Shown: positions 61,955-64,000 of the stretch, piece by piece
Position numbering within the stretch: position 1 is the first letter of the stretch
Layout of the letters: the number at the start of each line of letters is the position of its first letter
Origin: Fidelibacterota bacterium
GTDB taxonomy: Bacteria > Fidelibacterota > UBA2242
Assembly: GCA_049975265.1 (NCBI GenBank)
Contig: JBNGDF010000005.1
Location: 10,220-74,219, forward strand
Length of the DNA stretch: 64,000 bases
Direction of reading: 5' to 3'
Position numbers and translations under genes: made by a program
The notes under the pieces: generated by a model
What the model saw: only the letters and a program-made list of their open reading frames with translations
Database searches by the model: none
What the model was told of the DNA's origin: nothing

Positions 61955-63028
61955 ATGAATAAAAATCAACAAAAGTTGCTGCTGAAATTATTATTGATTG
62001 CTCTGGTTTTGATGGGTGGCTCGAGCCTGTGGGCGCAGCTGGAGGAGGAATACACCGAACTCATTTATACGGGGGAGGTCAACAAAAAGGGGTCATCCTC
62101 AGCCCAGTTTCTGGAAATCGGCATCGGCGCCAGGGCACTGTCCATGGGTAGTGCGTTTACGGCGGTGGCTAATGATGTGACCGCGCTATACTGGAATCCG
62201 GCGGGTATTACCCAGATTGACAATATCAGCGTCACCGGTACTCATACTGAGTGGTTTGCCGACATGTCGCTGGATCATGCTGCCGGGATTGTACCGGTGG
62301 GCAACGGACAGATGGTGGGATTTGCGCTGTCGGTTTTCAATGCCATTGATAAGCAGACGGTCCGCACCGTGACGTATCCGGAAGGAACCGGGGAATACTA
62401 CAGCGCCTCGGATTTGGCGCTGGCTTTGACATATGGTCTGAGAATCACCGATCGTTTCTCCTGTGGTTTGACGGGTAAATATGTACGGCAACAGATTTGG
62501 CACATGTCGTCAGCGGGGTATGCCGTGGATATCGGTTTACTCTATAAAACACAATTAAAAGGTCTGAATCTGGGCGCCAGTATTTCCAATTTCGGGACGG
62601 ATATGCGCCTGGCTGGTCGTGATGTGCGGCGGGCTCATGATGAAGACCCGATTCACTATTCAAACGATAAAATCAATGCCATGCTGGAAACCGATGCATT
62701 TCCAATGCCGCTGCTGTTTCGGTTCGGGCTGGCGTACTCTTTTTCACCTTTTAAATATAATGATTTGACGCTGGCGGTGGATCTGTTGCACCCCAGCAAT
62801 AACGTGGAATACCTGAATGTGGGCTGCGAATATGCTCTGGCAAAACTGTTTTTCCTGCGCATTGGATATGAGGCGCTGTTTGATGAAGAGGCGGAAAGCG
62901 GTTTGAGCCTCGGAGCCGGCATCAACTATAAGCTGTTTCAGCAGACGGCATTGCGATTTGATTATGCGATTGTTGACTGGGGACGTCTGGCGTATGCCCA
63001 GCATTTTACCGTGGGATTATCATTTTGA
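61955..63028 (+). CDS. PorV/PorQ/PorP-like outer-membrane beta-barrel (locus 2 paralog)
   Basis: Signal peptide MNKNQQKLLLKLLLIALVLMGGSSLWA. FLEIGIGARALSMGSAFTAVANDVTALYWNPAGI block homologous to 35334..36401. C-terminal ...HFTVGLSF. Confidence 0.5.
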   Translation: MNKNQQKLLLKLLLIALVLMGGSSLWAQLEEEYTELIYTGEVNKKGSSSAQFLEIGIGARALSMGSAFTAVANDVTALYWNPAGITQIDNISVTGTHTEWFADMSLDHAAGIVPVGNGQMVGFALSVFNAIDKQTVRTVTYPEGTGEYYSASDLALALTYGLRITDRFSCGLTGKYVRQQIWHMSSAGYAVDIGLLYKTQLKGLNLGASISNFGTDMRLAGRDVRRAHDEDPIHYSNDKINAMLETDAFPMPLLFRFGLAYSFSPFKYNDLTLAVDLLHPSNNVEYLNVGCEYALAKLFFLRIGYEALFDEEAESGLSLGAGINYKLFQQTALRFDYAIVDWGRLAYAQHFTVGLSF

Positions 63029-63062
63029 ATAATTTTTTTAAGAAAAAACCTTGGAGGTATTT

Positions 63063-64000
63063 ATGAAAAGAAGAAATGTTACCATCGCGAACCTCTGCGT
63101 GACGTTTCTGGTGCTGGCTTTTTTTTCCGGAACAGTCACGGCCCAATGGGGCAAGGCGTTGCATTATAAATGGTGGGAGCATGACCGGCTGCTGGTTCTC
63201 CAGTCGGTGGACTATTGGCCGGAGCATGTGTATCAGGGAACGGTAGAGTGTTTCTTCAAACTGGATTCGACGTTGCGTTCGGATAATCATGGCAATACCT
63301 ATACCTACATCATTTCGAAAAATCAGGGCGGTGCCGCCAAGGGCGATTTCGGGATTGCCTGGCAGACAGGGGCTGGCGATCTACACTCCTGGATTCAGGA
63401 TGTAAGTAAAACCGCCTCGGTGCATACATACGAAATTAAGGTCTGGCAACCCCGCTGGTACCATGTCGCAGTTACGTGGGATGTCAACGATTCAATGCGG
63501 ATTTGGGTAGACGGTGTCCAGATGGCGGATCGAACACCGTCAGGGCTGATTAATGATACCTATCCCCCGCTGGATGTGGAAAGTGGCAACATGCCGATTG
63601 TGATTGGAAACCAGACGACGGAACAGATGTCCACCACCTGGGACGGCTTTCGCGGTACGATTGACGAATTCCGGATCTCCAATGTGGTTCGCTATACCGA
63701 GGATTTTGAAGTTCCCACCGAGCCTTTCATAGCGGATGCCAATACCATGGCGCTCTGGCATTTTGATGAAGGTGAGGGTTACGTCGCCCACGATGCAGCC
63801 TTCGGTCTTTTCGACGGGAAATTGGGGAATGAGAGCAATAGTTATGTTGATGCACCCCAATGGGTTGATATTGTTTATTCAGAAAAAGTGATCATTAATG
63901 AGGTTTTGCTGGATGAGCGCAATAATGATGTCAACGGCGACGGTGTCAGTGACCTGCGGGATGAATTTGTCGAGCTGACCAACATTGCCGATAAGGCGGT
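63063..64000 (+). CDS. LamG-like + LTD protein (locus-2 cargo B), 3' end beyond the window edge
   Basis: Hand-translated MKRRNVTIANLCVTFLVLAFFSGTVTAQWGKALHY...RWYHVAVTWDVNDSMRIWVDGVQMAD (LamG-like). ...VIINEVLLDERNNDVNGDGVSDLRDEFVELTNIADKAV (LTD start) at the window edge. Paralogous to 36461..39058. Confidence 0.75.
   Translation, partial: MKRRNVTIANLCVTFLVLAFFSGTVTAQWGKALHYKWWEHDRLLVLQSVDYWPEHVYQGTVECFFKLDSTLRSDNHGNTYTYIISKNQGGAAKGDFGIAWQTGAGDLHSWIQDVSKTASVHTYEIKVWQPRWYHVAVTWDVNDSMRIWVDGVQMADRTPSGLINDTYPPLDVESGNMPIVIGNQTTEQMSTTWDGFRGTIDEFRISNVVRYTEDFEVPTEPFIADANTMALWHFDEGEGYVAHDAAFGLFDGKLGNESNSYVDAPQWVDIVYSEKVIINEVLLDERNNDVNGDGVSDLRDEFVELTNIADKA

Noticed and set aside
1-64000. CRISPR arrays, transposases, integrases or IS elements
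   Set aside because: No short regularly spaced direct repeats and no transposase- or integrase-like ORFs were seen on either strand. The two large paralogous loci are diverged gene duplications, roughly 75-80% identical at the DNA level where compared, not identical mobile repeats.

Overview
This 64-kb window looks like a chromosomal region from an FCB-group bacterium. The evidence is several cargo proteins carrying a C-terminal 'NPFNP...' type-IX-secretion (T9SS) sorting domain, TonB-dependent receptors with an N-terminal carboxypeptidase-regulatory-like domain, and genes with clear Shine-Dalgarno sites. I assigned everything from sequence patterns only; no database search was run.

Gene order:
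- **0.4-1.3 kb:** tRNA-Phe with a terminator, then a decayed fragment of a T9SS cargo gene.
- **1.2-3.0 kb:** a BlaI repressor paired with a BlaR1-like M56 sensor fused to a TonB C-terminal domain.
- **3.3-8.1 kb:** a four-gene plus-strand operon of a radical-SAM/SPASM enzyme with a SEC-C tail, a PurC-like ligase, a CofE-like ligase and a PurM-like enzyme.
- **8.2-15.3 kb:** proline iminopeptidase, an ICMT-family methyltransferase, an OprB-like porin broken by two in-frame stops, an OprO/P-like porin, a patatin-like lipase and a DUF4382-like lipoprotein.
- **15.5-21.3 kb:** a TetR-regulated ABC exporter cluster (LolA-like, two FtsX permeases, ATPase, outer-membrane protein).
- **21.4-24.6 kb:** glgA plus a GH57 branching enzyme.
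- **24.8-29.0 kb:** a SorC regulator with a three-gene glycerol-3-phosphate-dehydrogenase-like module (GlpA-like flavoenzyme, second flavoprotein, DUF1667).
- **28.1-64 kb (most interesting part):** a large island containing two paralogous loci, each SorC regulator, TonB-dependent receptor, ~1000-aa Ca-binding T9SS cargo, PorV-like beta-barrel, and a LamG/lamin-tail-domain (LTD) T9SS cargo. Between the loci sit glycerophosphodiester and organophosphate genes: two GDPDs, a purple-acid-phosphatase-like esterase, a sialate-O-acetylesterase-like enzyme, a four-LTD protein, a GlpT-like antiporter, a HAD phosphatase and RpiB.

I propose the island is an undescribed T9SS-based, PUL-like system for scavenging extracellular phosphodiester polymers such as eDNA or teichoic acid.

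The window also has an unusually high number of disrupted reading frames (homopolymer indels and in-frame stop codons). Read-level validation is needed before calling any of them real pseudogenes.
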